A DNA stretch of 52,478 nucleotides, taken from contig JBFYKJ010000056.1 in assembly GCA_041306005.1 (NCBI GenBank), forward strand, positions 1 to 52,478, written 5' to 3'. Below the pieces are notes generated by a model. That model had not been told where the DNA came from. It did no database searches and worked only from the letters and a program-made list of their open reading frames with translations. Positions 1 through 6,958 of this stretch are shown here, in pieces. The stretch's first letter is position 1, and every line of letters begins with the position of its first letter. The DNA comes from Candidatus Altiarchaeota archaeon. GTDB taxonomy: Archaea > Altiarchaeota > Altiarchaeia > JAFGQM01. Both the position numbers and the translations under genes were made by a program.

Positions 1-22
1 AACGTCGGAAGAAGCTAGGGGG

Positions 23-304
23 TTGTTTGATGTGGCATATCCAAAAACACCAAATTCAGTAACCAGCTTTTCTGAGATAATCGAGGTTGCGGAATTGATG
101 GGGAGGTTCTCATCTCAAGACGTCTCAAATGTTCTAGCCTGGCTGGGTGCGTCGATATCCCAAAACTCGGTTACACAATACCTGAGAACCTTGTTAGAGA
201 ACCGAATATTGGTGGTTATTAGCAGGGGATCGCGAAAAAGGGTATTGGGAATAAACACAAACATCGTAGAATGGCGAATCCCGGTCTTGACGTCAAAAAT
301 GTAG
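23..304 (+). CDS. Hypothetical small winged-helix-like protein, possibly 5'-partial
   Basis: 93-codon ORF from TTG 23 to TAG 302-304. The frame has no stop back to nt 2, so the gene may begin left of the window. Contains an HTH-like stretch SQNSVTQYLRTLLENRILVV. No family recognised. Confidence 0.4.
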   Translation: MFDVAYPKTPNSVTSFSEIIEVAELMGRFSSQDVSNVLAWLGASISQNSVTQYLRTLLENRILVVISRGSRKRVLGINTNIVEWRIPVLTSKM

Positions 305-355
305 TGTAACCAGTAGGTGCGTGAGCCGGACAACGACAATTTGGGTTACACTACA
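300..355. repeat. Perfect 11-bp inverted repeat (TGTAGTGTAAC ... GTTACACTACA) with a 34-nt spacer
   Basis: 300-310 is the exact reverse complement of 345-355. The left arm overlaps the TAG stop of the upstream ORF. The element lies in the ilvD upstream region. Confidence 0.8.
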
Positions 356-429
356 ACCAATGACTTTGCGGTCTTAGAGGGCCGAACTTGGTACGCATAG
401 ACCCCTTAAATGCATCCTTAGGCCCGACC

Positions 430-438
430 TTTTTATTT
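430..438 (+). promoter_or_regulatory. Candidate TATA-like box (TTTTTATTT) for ilvD
   Basis: A/T-rich nonamer 29-37 nt upstream of the ilvD ATG at 467. The spacing fits an archaeal TATA box with a leaderless or short-leader mRNA. Inference only. Confidence 0.3.
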
Positions 439-466
439 GGTTAAAGGAAAGATAGGTGTCCTCAAT

Positions 467-2092
467 ATGAAAAGCTATAGGATAAAACGCGGCGTTGAGA
501 CGGCTCCCCATAGAGCGCTGTTCAGGGCCGTTGGCTTAAAGGATAAAGACTTCGGCTTAGACCGGCCTTGGATAGGCATAGCCAACTCGTACAACACGAT
601 AGTGCCCGGCCACATACACCTGAACAAGCTCGCTCTGGAAGTCGAGAGGGGAATCCGAGATGCTGGTGGAGTGCCGTTTATGTGGGGGGTCCCCGCCGTG
701 TGTGACGGACAAGCCATGCATGTGGAAATGCGCCTCTCGCTGCCGTCCCGCGAGCACATCGCCGACAACGTCGAGATAATGGTACTTTCCCACTCCTTAG
801 ACGGGTGGGTTGGAGTCACCAACTGCGATAAGATAACCCCAGGGATGCTCATGGCCGCAGGAAGGCTTGACCTACCCTGCGTCATCCTGACCGGCGGGCC
901 CATGAAGGCGGGGGTCGTCGGCGGGAAGAAGCTGGATCTCATCTCGGTCTTTGAGGATGTCGGGAAGATCCGCGCCGGCAAGGGCAGCGAGGTTGAACTC
1001 ACCGCTATCGAGTGTGATGCATGCCCCGGGGCGGGCAGCTGCGCAGGGCTATTCACGGCTAATTCAATGGCCTGCATGACTGAAACACTCGGCATGTCAG
1101 TCACCGGGTGCGCGACGACGCTCGCGGTATCGCCCGAGAAGCTCAAGCAGGCTTATGAATCGGGAAAAAGGATAGTTGAACTGGTAAAGAAGAACCTGAC
1201 ACCGAGGCAGATAATGTCAAAGAATGCGTTCTACAACGCTGTCATGGTCGACATGGCGATAGGGGGAAGCAGCAACACTGCGCTGCATCTGCCGGCGATA
1301 GCAAAGGAGTGTGGCATAACTTTGACGCTGGATACCTTTGACGAGATGGCCCGAAAGACGCCAAACATCTGCCACATCAGGCCCTCCGGGCCTTATGTGA
1401 TGGAAGATTTGCAGAATGCCGGCGGGATACCCGGAGTTTTGAACAGGCTTAAGGACCGGTTAAAATCTTCGCCGACGGTAAACGGCGCGGACATAATAGA
1501 GATAGCGAAGAAGGGAAAAGTCGTGGATGACGCGGTTATACGCCCGCTCGACAACCCGTTCTACAAGGAGGGCGGCATCGCGGTGCTCAAGGGGAACCTC
1601 GCGTCCGCATCTGTCGTGAAACAGATAGCGGTCGACTCTGAAGCCATGGTCCTCTCGGGCCCTGCGAGGGTCTTTGAGAGCGAAGAGGCTGTGATGGAAG
1701 CGGTCGCCGACAGGAAGATCAAAGAAGGCGACATACTCGTCATCCGCTACATGGGCCCTGCCGGGGCTCCGGGGATGCCCGAGATGCTGACGCCGACGTC
1801 GGCGATAATGGGTGCAGGGTTTAAGAGGGTCGCCCTTCTGACCGACGGCAGGTTCTCGGGCGGCACCAGGGGACCGTGCATCGGGCACATAGAGCCGGAA
1901 GCGTTCCTCGGCGGGCCGCTAGGGGCGGTCAAAGACGGGGACATCATAGATATAGATATTCCCGGAAGGAAACTTAATGTCAGGCTCAGCGATGCCCAGA
2001 TAAAGGAAAGGCTCAAGTCCGCAAAAGCCCCGGAGAGGAAGATGAGCCCAATGCTCAAGAGGTATAGGCGGGACGTTATTAATGCTTGTTAG
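467..2092 (+). CDS. ilvD: Dihydroxy-acid dehydratase
   Basis: IlvD/Edd family hallmarks along the whole length: TAPHRALFRAVG, TNCDKITPGMLMAA, CPGAGSCAGLFTANSM, DGRFSGGTRGPCIGHIEPEA. The ORF track starts at TTG 437, but ATG 467 (MKSYR) is preferred. TAG stop. Confidence 0.93.
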   Translation: MKSYRIKRGVETAPHRALFRAVGLKDKDFGLDRPWIGIANSYNTIVPGHIHLNKLALEVERGIRDAGGVPFMWGVPAVCDGQAMHVEMRLSLPSREHIADNVEIMVLSHSLDGWVGVTNCDKITPGMLMAAGRLDLPCVILTGGPMKAGVVGGKKLDLISVFEDVGKIRAGKGSEVELTAIECDACPGAGSCAGLFTANSMACMTETLGMSVTGCATTLAVSPEKLKQAYESGKRIVELVKKNLTPRQIMSKNAFYNAVMVDMAIGGSSNTALHLPAIAKECGITLTLDTFDEMARKTPNICHIRPSGPYVMEDLQNAGGIPGVLNRLKDRLKSSPTVNGADIIEIAKKGKVVDDAVIRPLDNPFYKEGGIAVLKGNLASASVVKQIAVDSEAMVLSGPARVFESEEAVMEAVADRKIKEGDILVIRYMGPAGAPGMPEMLTPTSAIMGAGFKRVALLTDGRFSGGTRGPCIGHIEPEAFLGGPLGAVKDGDIIDIDIPGRKLNVRLSDAQIKERLKSAKAPERKMSPMLKRYRRDVINAC

Positions 2093-2123
2093 CCCTCGAT
2101 TATGAGTTCGCCCTATTCCGGGG

Positions 2124-2279
2124 TCATTCAGGTATCAGCACGCCCTTTCTCAGCAGCTTCTGCATGAACTGGGTCGAGGTCTTGTGCCCGGTCCGGAGGA
2201 ATAGGACATCTGCATTAGGGTGCCCCGGCAAAAACGACATCTCGCCGAGAAGGTCGATTATCTTGTGCCGGACGCCCTC
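2124..2279 (-). other. In-frame continuation of the LpxC-like ORF beyond its TAG stop (51 sense codons, then TGA 2124-2126)
   Basis: The same frame as 2280-3140 reads EGVRHKIIDLLGEMSFLPGHPNADVLFLRTGHKTSTQFMQKLLRKGVLIPE. This aligns with the LpxC C-terminal HKxxD zinc motif and the catalytic GH(A/K) region. Confidence 0.75.
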
Positions 2280-3140
2280 CTAGCCGCCGTACCTGACGCC
2301 CGTCACGCCGCCGGGCGGATTGAGATACTGGGGGTTTGAGGGGTGGCCGAGGAGAAGGGTGTTCTCGTGCGTCATGCCGTGCATGCGCAAGGCGCTGGTA
2401 AGGTCCATGAGCTTTTGCCCGACCCGGCTCTTCGGGTAAAACCCCGGCGTGCGGGCGTTCATTATCTCCTTTTTGAACGCCTCTGTGTCCCCGATGGTCC
2501 AGGTGTAGGTCTGCGGCCCCCCGAACGCCTTGTGCGGGTAATCAAAGTGGTATGTGACAGTCGGCTCCCCCACAGCCGGACGCATTATCAGCATGTCGCC
2601 GAGTTTGGGGTCTGTGACCACTACAAGCTTTTCATCGTCGTGGAACCTCGCGGAGACTCCCGCCTTCTGCAAGCGCTCGTTGACGTCGCGGCCCGCCATC
2701 AGCATGTCGCCGGCGGCCTTCATGTTCAGGCGCAGGGTGGGCACCTTGGCGTCCTGCTCCCTGAGGCCGACGTGGTCTATTTCCCGGACATATGGGGATA
2801 CCGCGTCGGAGAAGCACGGCAGCGCGTTCCCCTTGACCATGTGTATCTCCGCGTTGTGCACACCCATCGCCTTGAGCGCCCCGAGTATGTGCTCGGCGGT
2901 GTAGACCTTTGCCCCGCTCTCGGGGTCCTTGAGTATTATCGTCCTGTAGGGCCAGCGCTTAAGCCGGACGTTGAAGAAGTTGACCGGTATGCGGTGCTTG
3001 CCCTTGACAAAGACTATGCCGGTGCCGACGCCGGCCGGCTTTATGTCGATTATGGAGTGGCTGCCCTGCGCCGAGCGCCCCTCGAGGCGGATGGACGCCT
3101 TCAGCGTGGCCTGCCGCTTGACCGGTTCTTGCGTTGCCAT
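2280..3140 (-). CDS. LpxC-family (UDP-3-O-acyl-GlcNAc deacetylase-like) protein, truncated as annotated by an in-frame TAG
   Basis: By-eye alignment to E. coli LpxC: ATLKASIRLEGRS..GTGIVF matches RTLKRIVQATGVG..NTGVIY, TAEHILGALKAMGV matches TVEHLNAALAGLGI, and NARTPGF matches RARTFGF. ATG 3140 (MATQEP) is preferred. An alternative GTG 3188 would overlap the PolD stop as GTGA. The ORF stops at TAG 2280-2282 just before the conserved HKxxD motif. Confidence 0.8.
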   Translation of the reverse strand: MATQEPVKRQATLKASIRLEGRSAQGSHSIIDIKPAGVGTGIVFVKGKHRIPVNFFNVRLKRWPYRTIILKDPESGAKVYTAEHILGALKAMGVHNAEIHMVKGNALPCFSDAVSPYVREIDHVGLREQDAKVPTLRLNMKAAGDMLMAGRDVNERLQKAGVSARFHDDEKLVVVTDPKLGDMLIMRPAVGEPTVTYHFDYPHKAFGGPQTYTWTIGDTEAFKKEIMNARTPGFYPKSRVGQKLMDLTSALRMHGMTHENTLLLGHPSNPQYLNPPGGVTGVRYGG

Positions 3141-3184
3141 CTTTGGTTTTCGCGTATAGGTCAAACAGGCGCGGCCTTGCTGGC

Positions 3185-4870
3185 TCACGCCGTCTTCCCC
3201 TCGAAATTCATGACCTTCATCTGCATGGTCTGGAGATCCAATATCGGCACCTGGCAGGGCGTCGGGATATGGCCCTGCTGCTGCTGGAAATCCGTCTGGG
3301 CCTGCCAGGTCCCGGAGTTTAAGACCATGACCCCGCGGTACATGGTATATCCATTCTTGTGGACGTGGCCGCAGTGGAAGACGTCCGGCACTGTGTCCAC
3401 GACCATATAATCCTTCTGCTCTGGGGCTATCTGCTCCTTAGTCCCGTATATCGGCGAGAGGTGGCGCTTCTTCAGGTATTCCACCTGCGCCTTCTCAGGC
3501 TTGCTGTAGGATAGGTGGGAGAGGGAAGAAATCAGCGCGTCCATGGAGGTCCCGTGGTACATCATGACGTCCAGGCCGTGGGCCTTCACCCTCCCGGGGT
3601 TGCCGATGAGGTGTACGTTCGAGTTAGCCTTCAGGGGCTCGAGGAACTCCGCAAGCGAGGGCTGCGGCTCGACCCGCCTCACCGCGTCGTGGTTCCCGGC
3701 GGCGATGATTATCTCTATGTACGAGGGGACCTGCGCCATCATCTTCGCGAAGTAGTTGTACTGCTTGTAGATGTCCGGGATCGCAAGCTCCTTCTCCTGG
3801 CCCGGGTATATGCCAATCCCGTCCACAAGGTCGCCGGCGATGAAAAGGTACTTCACCGACTGGGCGACGTCCTTTCTGGTCCCGGACGACAAATTCAGCC
3901 AGTCTATGAACTTCTGGAACTCGCGCTCCTTGAAAAGCTGGGAGCCTACGTGGATGTCTGACAGGAACGCCACTGATACCGGGTCCTCGCACTCGAATTT
4001 CGGCTTAGTCATCGGGATGTCGGGCTCGATGACCTCTTTTGCGAGTATGAGCTCGCCCTTGACGGTCCCAATGACGCCTATCACCTCGTCGTTCACGAGT
4101 ATCTTGTTCTTCTGGGCCGCCTCGCTGCTGTCTATGACTATTGCCGACCCCGTCGGGTCCTCGATCTCGATTATCAGGTTCCCCTTCTGGGACTGCCGCA
4201 TGTCGCGTATCATCCCGATTACCTTTATCTCCTGGTTGTTGTACTTGCCTATTGAGTTGAGCTCCACGGCGTCGCGCAGGTTGACACGGCTGGAGAGTAT
4301 GCCCTTGAGCCGCTTGTACCTGTCCCTGAAGAGCTCGACGAAATTTTCCACCGTCCCCTCGGAAGTGGAATTCCCGGTCACGTCCTTGTCCTTGTCTACA
4401 AGGACCCTGCCCTCTATCTGCGATGCGATGGGGGGCTTCCCGCGCTTGACGGTGAAGGAGTACTCCTCCAGCTTCTCCACCGGGAAGAACTCGGAGAGGA
4501 ACTCGCTTGTTATCATGAAGACGCCCTTCTCTTTAGCCTGGGCGATTATTGCCGAGGGGTCCAGCCCGCGCTCTTTTATGACTTCGACTGCGTGGCTGCT
4601 CAGGAGCGCGCCTGAACCGAGGAATGCGTCGTTTATGCCTTTCTCCTCGCTTGACAGTTTGGGCTCAACAGGCGGCTTTTGGGTTATCTGCGTGATTTTG
4701 ACGTCTTGCTGCACCTCGGGCTCGGGCTGTGCGGCGGCAGGCCCTTGGGCAAAGGATGCGAGAGACCCCGGTTTCACGCGGAAATTAGGGGTTCGCGGCT
4801 TAAATACCGGCGGCACCAGCCGGATTTGGCCCGACACAGCGGTTTGCAGGCCCCCCTCAAAACTGCCCAA
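3185..4870 (-). CDS. polB: DNA polymerase II (PolD) small subunit DP1
   Basis: Calcineurin-like phosphoesterase motifs of DP1: VAFLSDIHVGS, IAGDLVDGIGIYPGQ, AAGNHDA, HCGHVH. An OB-fold-like middle region is present. Only a TTG at 4870 opens the long N-terminal low-complexity region, so the exact start is uncertain. Confidence 0.88.
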   Translation of the reverse strand: MGSFEGGLQTAVSGQIRLVPPVFKPRTPNFRVKPGSLASFAQGPAAAQPEPEVQQDVKITQITQKPPVEPKLSSEEKGINDAFLGSGALLSSHAVEVIKERGLDPSAIIAQAKEKGVFMITSEFLSEFFPVEKLEEYSFTVKRGKPPIASQIEGRVLVDKDKDVTGNSTSEGTVENFVELFRDRYKRLKGILSSRVNLRDAVELNSIGKYNNQEIKVIGMIRDMRQSQKGNLIIEIEDPTGSAIVIDSSEAAQKNKILVNDEVIGVIGTVKGELILAKEVIEPDIPMTKPKFECEDPVSVAFLSDIHVGSQLFKEREFQKFIDWLNLSSGTRKDVAQSVKYLFIAGDLVDGIGIYPGQEKELAIPDIYKQYNYFAKMMAQVPSYIEIIIAAGNHDAVRRVEPQPSLAEFLEPLKANSNVHLIGNPGRVKAHGLDVMMYHGTSMDALISSLSHLSYSKPEKAQVEYLKKRHLSPIYGTKEQIAPEQKDYMVVDTVPDVFHCGHVHKNGYTMYRGVMVLNSGTWQAQTDFQQQQGHIPTPCQVPILDLQTMQMKVMNFEGKTA

Positions 4871-4975
4871 ACCGGCATCGGGTGCCGCAGGGAAGCCTTT
4901 TTATACTTTTACTTGGGAATATTACCACCTATCAGTGGTAAAAAGTTCTGAAAGGCTTTAATAAGGGTCTGGAGA

Positions 4976-5269
4976 ATGGTCTTTGACATGCTGGCTTTGG
5001 GAGGCATATTGCTGGGCGCATACCTGGCTTACCGCGCCGGGAAGCAGGATGAGGACTCATCCAAGCTGCTTTACATGGTGGCTGCGATAGCGGCCTTCCT
5101 TTGGTCGATAAACGCCATGGGGAGCGGCTACAGCATCAGGATAGGCCCCGTGCCGCTGGCACTTCTGATGGGGGTGATCGGCGCACTAGTAACCACGGGC
5201 ACCTCCCGCGCCGTGTTCGCCGTGATAGCGTTCGTGCTGTTCGTCGGGATGGTCCCGCTGCATTTCTAA
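4976..5269 (+). CDS. Small integral membrane protein (4 predicted TM), paralog 1 of 3
   Basis: 97-aa hydrophobic ORF. It shares architecture with the next two ORFs, including a conserved T-G-(T/S) loop before the last TM. Confidence 0.6.
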   Translation: MVFDMLALGGILLGAYLAYRAGKQDEDSSKLLYMVAAIAAFLWSINAMGSGYSIRIGPVPLALLMGVIGALVTTGTSRAVFAVIAFVLFVGMVPLHF

Positions 5270-5271
5270 AG

Positions 5272-5553
5272 ATGATAAGTCCTGCATTCGGTGGGATGGT
5301 AGCCGGCTTTTTGCTCATGCTAGTCGCCGCTGCATCGAAAAAGGAGAAGTGGCAGACCGCCTACGGGATAGTCGGCCTGGTGCTCATATTCTGGAGTTTG
5401 GGTTTCCTCGGGCTGGGCCCGGTGGCGCAAAGCCTGATGCCAGCGACGGCGCTGCTCTTCGGCCTCTTCAGCATGTACACCAAGGGCAGCGCGCAGCTTA
5501 TCTGCATACTGGTCACAATCGTCCTCCTGCTGCAGGTGACGAACTTCGTCTAA
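5272..5553 (+). CDS. Small integral membrane protein, paralog 2 of 3
   Basis: ATG 5272 lies 2 nt after the preceding TAA. It encodes a 93-aa MISPAFGGMVAGF... hydrophobic protein. The longer track ORF from 5101 overlaps paralog 1 and is rejected. Confidence 0.55.
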   Translation: MISPAFGGMVAGFLLMLVAAASKKEKWQTAYGIVGLVLIFWSLGFLGLGPVAQSLMPATALLFGLFSMYTKGSAQLICILVTIVLLLQVTNFV

Positions 5554-5597
5554 TGGCGGCACCTGGCTAATAGACCACCAAAGGATACCTATACAAA

Positions 5598-5927
5598 ATG
5601 ATAAACCTCCTTGCAGTCATAATCGGGCTCTTCATACTGGTTGCTATAGCGCAAAACAAAGACTTTAGGAAGCCGAAGAACGGGGAGACTTATGCATTCC
5701 TGTTGATCCTTGTCCTCATACTGGTTTTAGTGGGCCTGGGTGCCCTGCTCCCGCTGTTCGGCGCGATGGCAAGATCACAAAGCATGCTGATGTTCTTCCT
5801 GCTGGGGCTTGGGGCGGTGACGGTTTCAACGTCGGGACAGGCCAAGACATTCTCAAGGGTAGCCTTTGTAGCCGTATTGGCGTTCATAATAATGAGCGTG
5901 CTCGTGCCGGGCCTGGGGCATTACTGA
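5598..5927 (+). CDS. Small integral membrane protein, paralog 3 of 3
   Basis: 109-aa hydrophobic ORF with the same TM/loop layout (TSGQAKTFSRVAF before the last TM). Confidence 0.6.
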   Translation: MINLLAVIIGLFILVAIAQNKDFRKPKNGETYAFLLILVLILVLVGLGALLPLFGAMARSQSMLMFFLLGLGAVTVSTSGQAKTFSRVAFVAVLAFIIMSVLVPGLGHY

Positions 5928-5985
5928 TAATGGGCTAACCGGCGTGCTTTGCGCCAGGCGCCCGTTATGGGTCTTCAATCACCAA

Positions 5986-6038
5986 CAGTCGGAGGCGCGC
6001 TGGCCGATCCCCAAGCAAGCCTCCCGACTGGTTTTTTT
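5986..6038 (+). terminator. Stem-loop followed by a T7 run
   Basis: CAGTCGGAGGC (5986-5996) pairs with GCCTCCCGACTG (6019-6030, one bulged C). TTTTTTT follows at 6032-6038. It lies directly downstream of the three membrane-protein genes. Confidence 0.5.
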
Positions 6039-6066
6039 AATTCCTTAGCGTTAGTTATGCGTGGAA

Positions 6067-6921
6067 ATGCTAGTGATAGGCGGCATCGCTCTTGACTACA
6101 TATCAGGCGTCAAGGACGCGAGTGCGGCGTGCACCCAGGTTTTGGACTACAGCGAGAGCATCGGGGGCATGGGGTACAATACGGCTATGGCGGCGGCCCA
6201 GCTGGGCGTGGCGACGCGCCTTATATCGGCCGTGGGCGAGGACTTCGACCAGTCGAGGGTCGGGACTCCAAAGAACGGGAAGCTGAAGCTGGATTTCCAT
6301 AAGGCCCCGGGTTACACTACAAGAAGCTTCATGTTCTCGGACGGGAAGGACGAGAGGATATACTTCTACCGGGGCGCGTACCACGAGATAGACGTCAAGA
6401 AGGCTACGAATGCCATCGATGAGGCCGCGTGGGTCCACTTCGCGGGCGTGATGCCCTGCTTTGCCGAGCTGGCTGAATATGCCAAGGTGAAAAAGAAGAC
6501 CGTGAGCACAAACCCCGGGTATGACCTGTTCCACTACAAGCCCGACGACCCTGTGGTGAGCGGGCTTTTGGACAACACGGATTACCTGATACTCAGCGCC
6601 AACGAGGCGAAGCACCTGGGCGGCGGGAAGGCTGCGAAATGCAAGGCGATGATAACGACCATGGGAAAAGACGGCTCGGTGGTTGAAAGCGGCGGGAAGA
6701 AAGCAAAGATACCGATATACTTTGTCAAAGCCGAATCCCCGTTCGGCGCCGGGGACACCTACACGGGCGGCTTCATAACGGCGATGCTTACCGGGAAGGG
6801 CGTCTTTGAGTCTGCGCGCTTTGCTAGCGCGGCAGCATCCTTTGCCGACGAGGGTAAGACCACAGCGCCAAAGCTAGATATGAAGAAAGTCGAGGAACGG
6901 GCAAAGGCTATCGGATTATAG
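6067..6921 (+). CDS. PfkB-family carbohydrate/nucleoside kinase
   Basis: N-terminal VIGGIALDYI, the C-terminal anion-hole motif PFGAGDTYTGGFITAM, and a ribokinase-like length. Substrate not assignable. The track start is GTG 6061; ATG 6067 is preferred. Confidence 0.75.
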   Translation: MLVIGGIALDYISGVKDASAACTQVLDYSESIGGMGYNTAMAAAQLGVATRLISAVGEDFDQSRVGTPKNGKLKLDFHKAPGYTTRSFMFSDGKDERIYFYRGAYHEIDVKKATNAIDEAAWVHFAGVMPCFAELAEYAKVKKKTVSTNPGYDLFHYKPDDPVVSGLLDNTDYLILSANEAKHLGGGKAAKCKAMITTMGKDGSVVESGGKKAKIPIYFVKAESPFGAGDTYTGGFITAMLTGKGVFESARFASAAASFADEGKTTAPKLDMKKVEERAKAIGL

Positions 6922-6958
6922 AACGCAAAAACCGAAGACTGAAAACCGAGATCCGTTC

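Noticed and set aside
2280-2282. Genome-wide reassignment of TAG to a sense codon
   Set aside because: TAG terminates ilvD (2090-2092), the PfkB kinase, HMG-CoA reductase, psmA, hicB, elp3, dCMP deaminase, the MTase-like ORF and giant protein A at lengths matching their families. Reading past the ilvD TAG gives non-homologous sequence. Any recoding would have to be site-specific.
2343-4961. Long plus-strand ORFs (2343-3410, 3771-4961 and others) antisense to the LpxC-like and PolD genes
   Set aside because: These are shadow ORFs typical of GC-rich coding DNA. Their translations are low-complexity (Arg/Pro/Ser/Leu-rich) and have no motifs, while the opposite strand carries unmistakable conserved proteins. 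The same reasoning applies to 8913-9740, 9747-10250, 10610-11539, 17562-18335, 25787-26488, 30196-30933, 40329-41518, 43510-44408, 47767-48288, 49275-49826 and 50866-51960.
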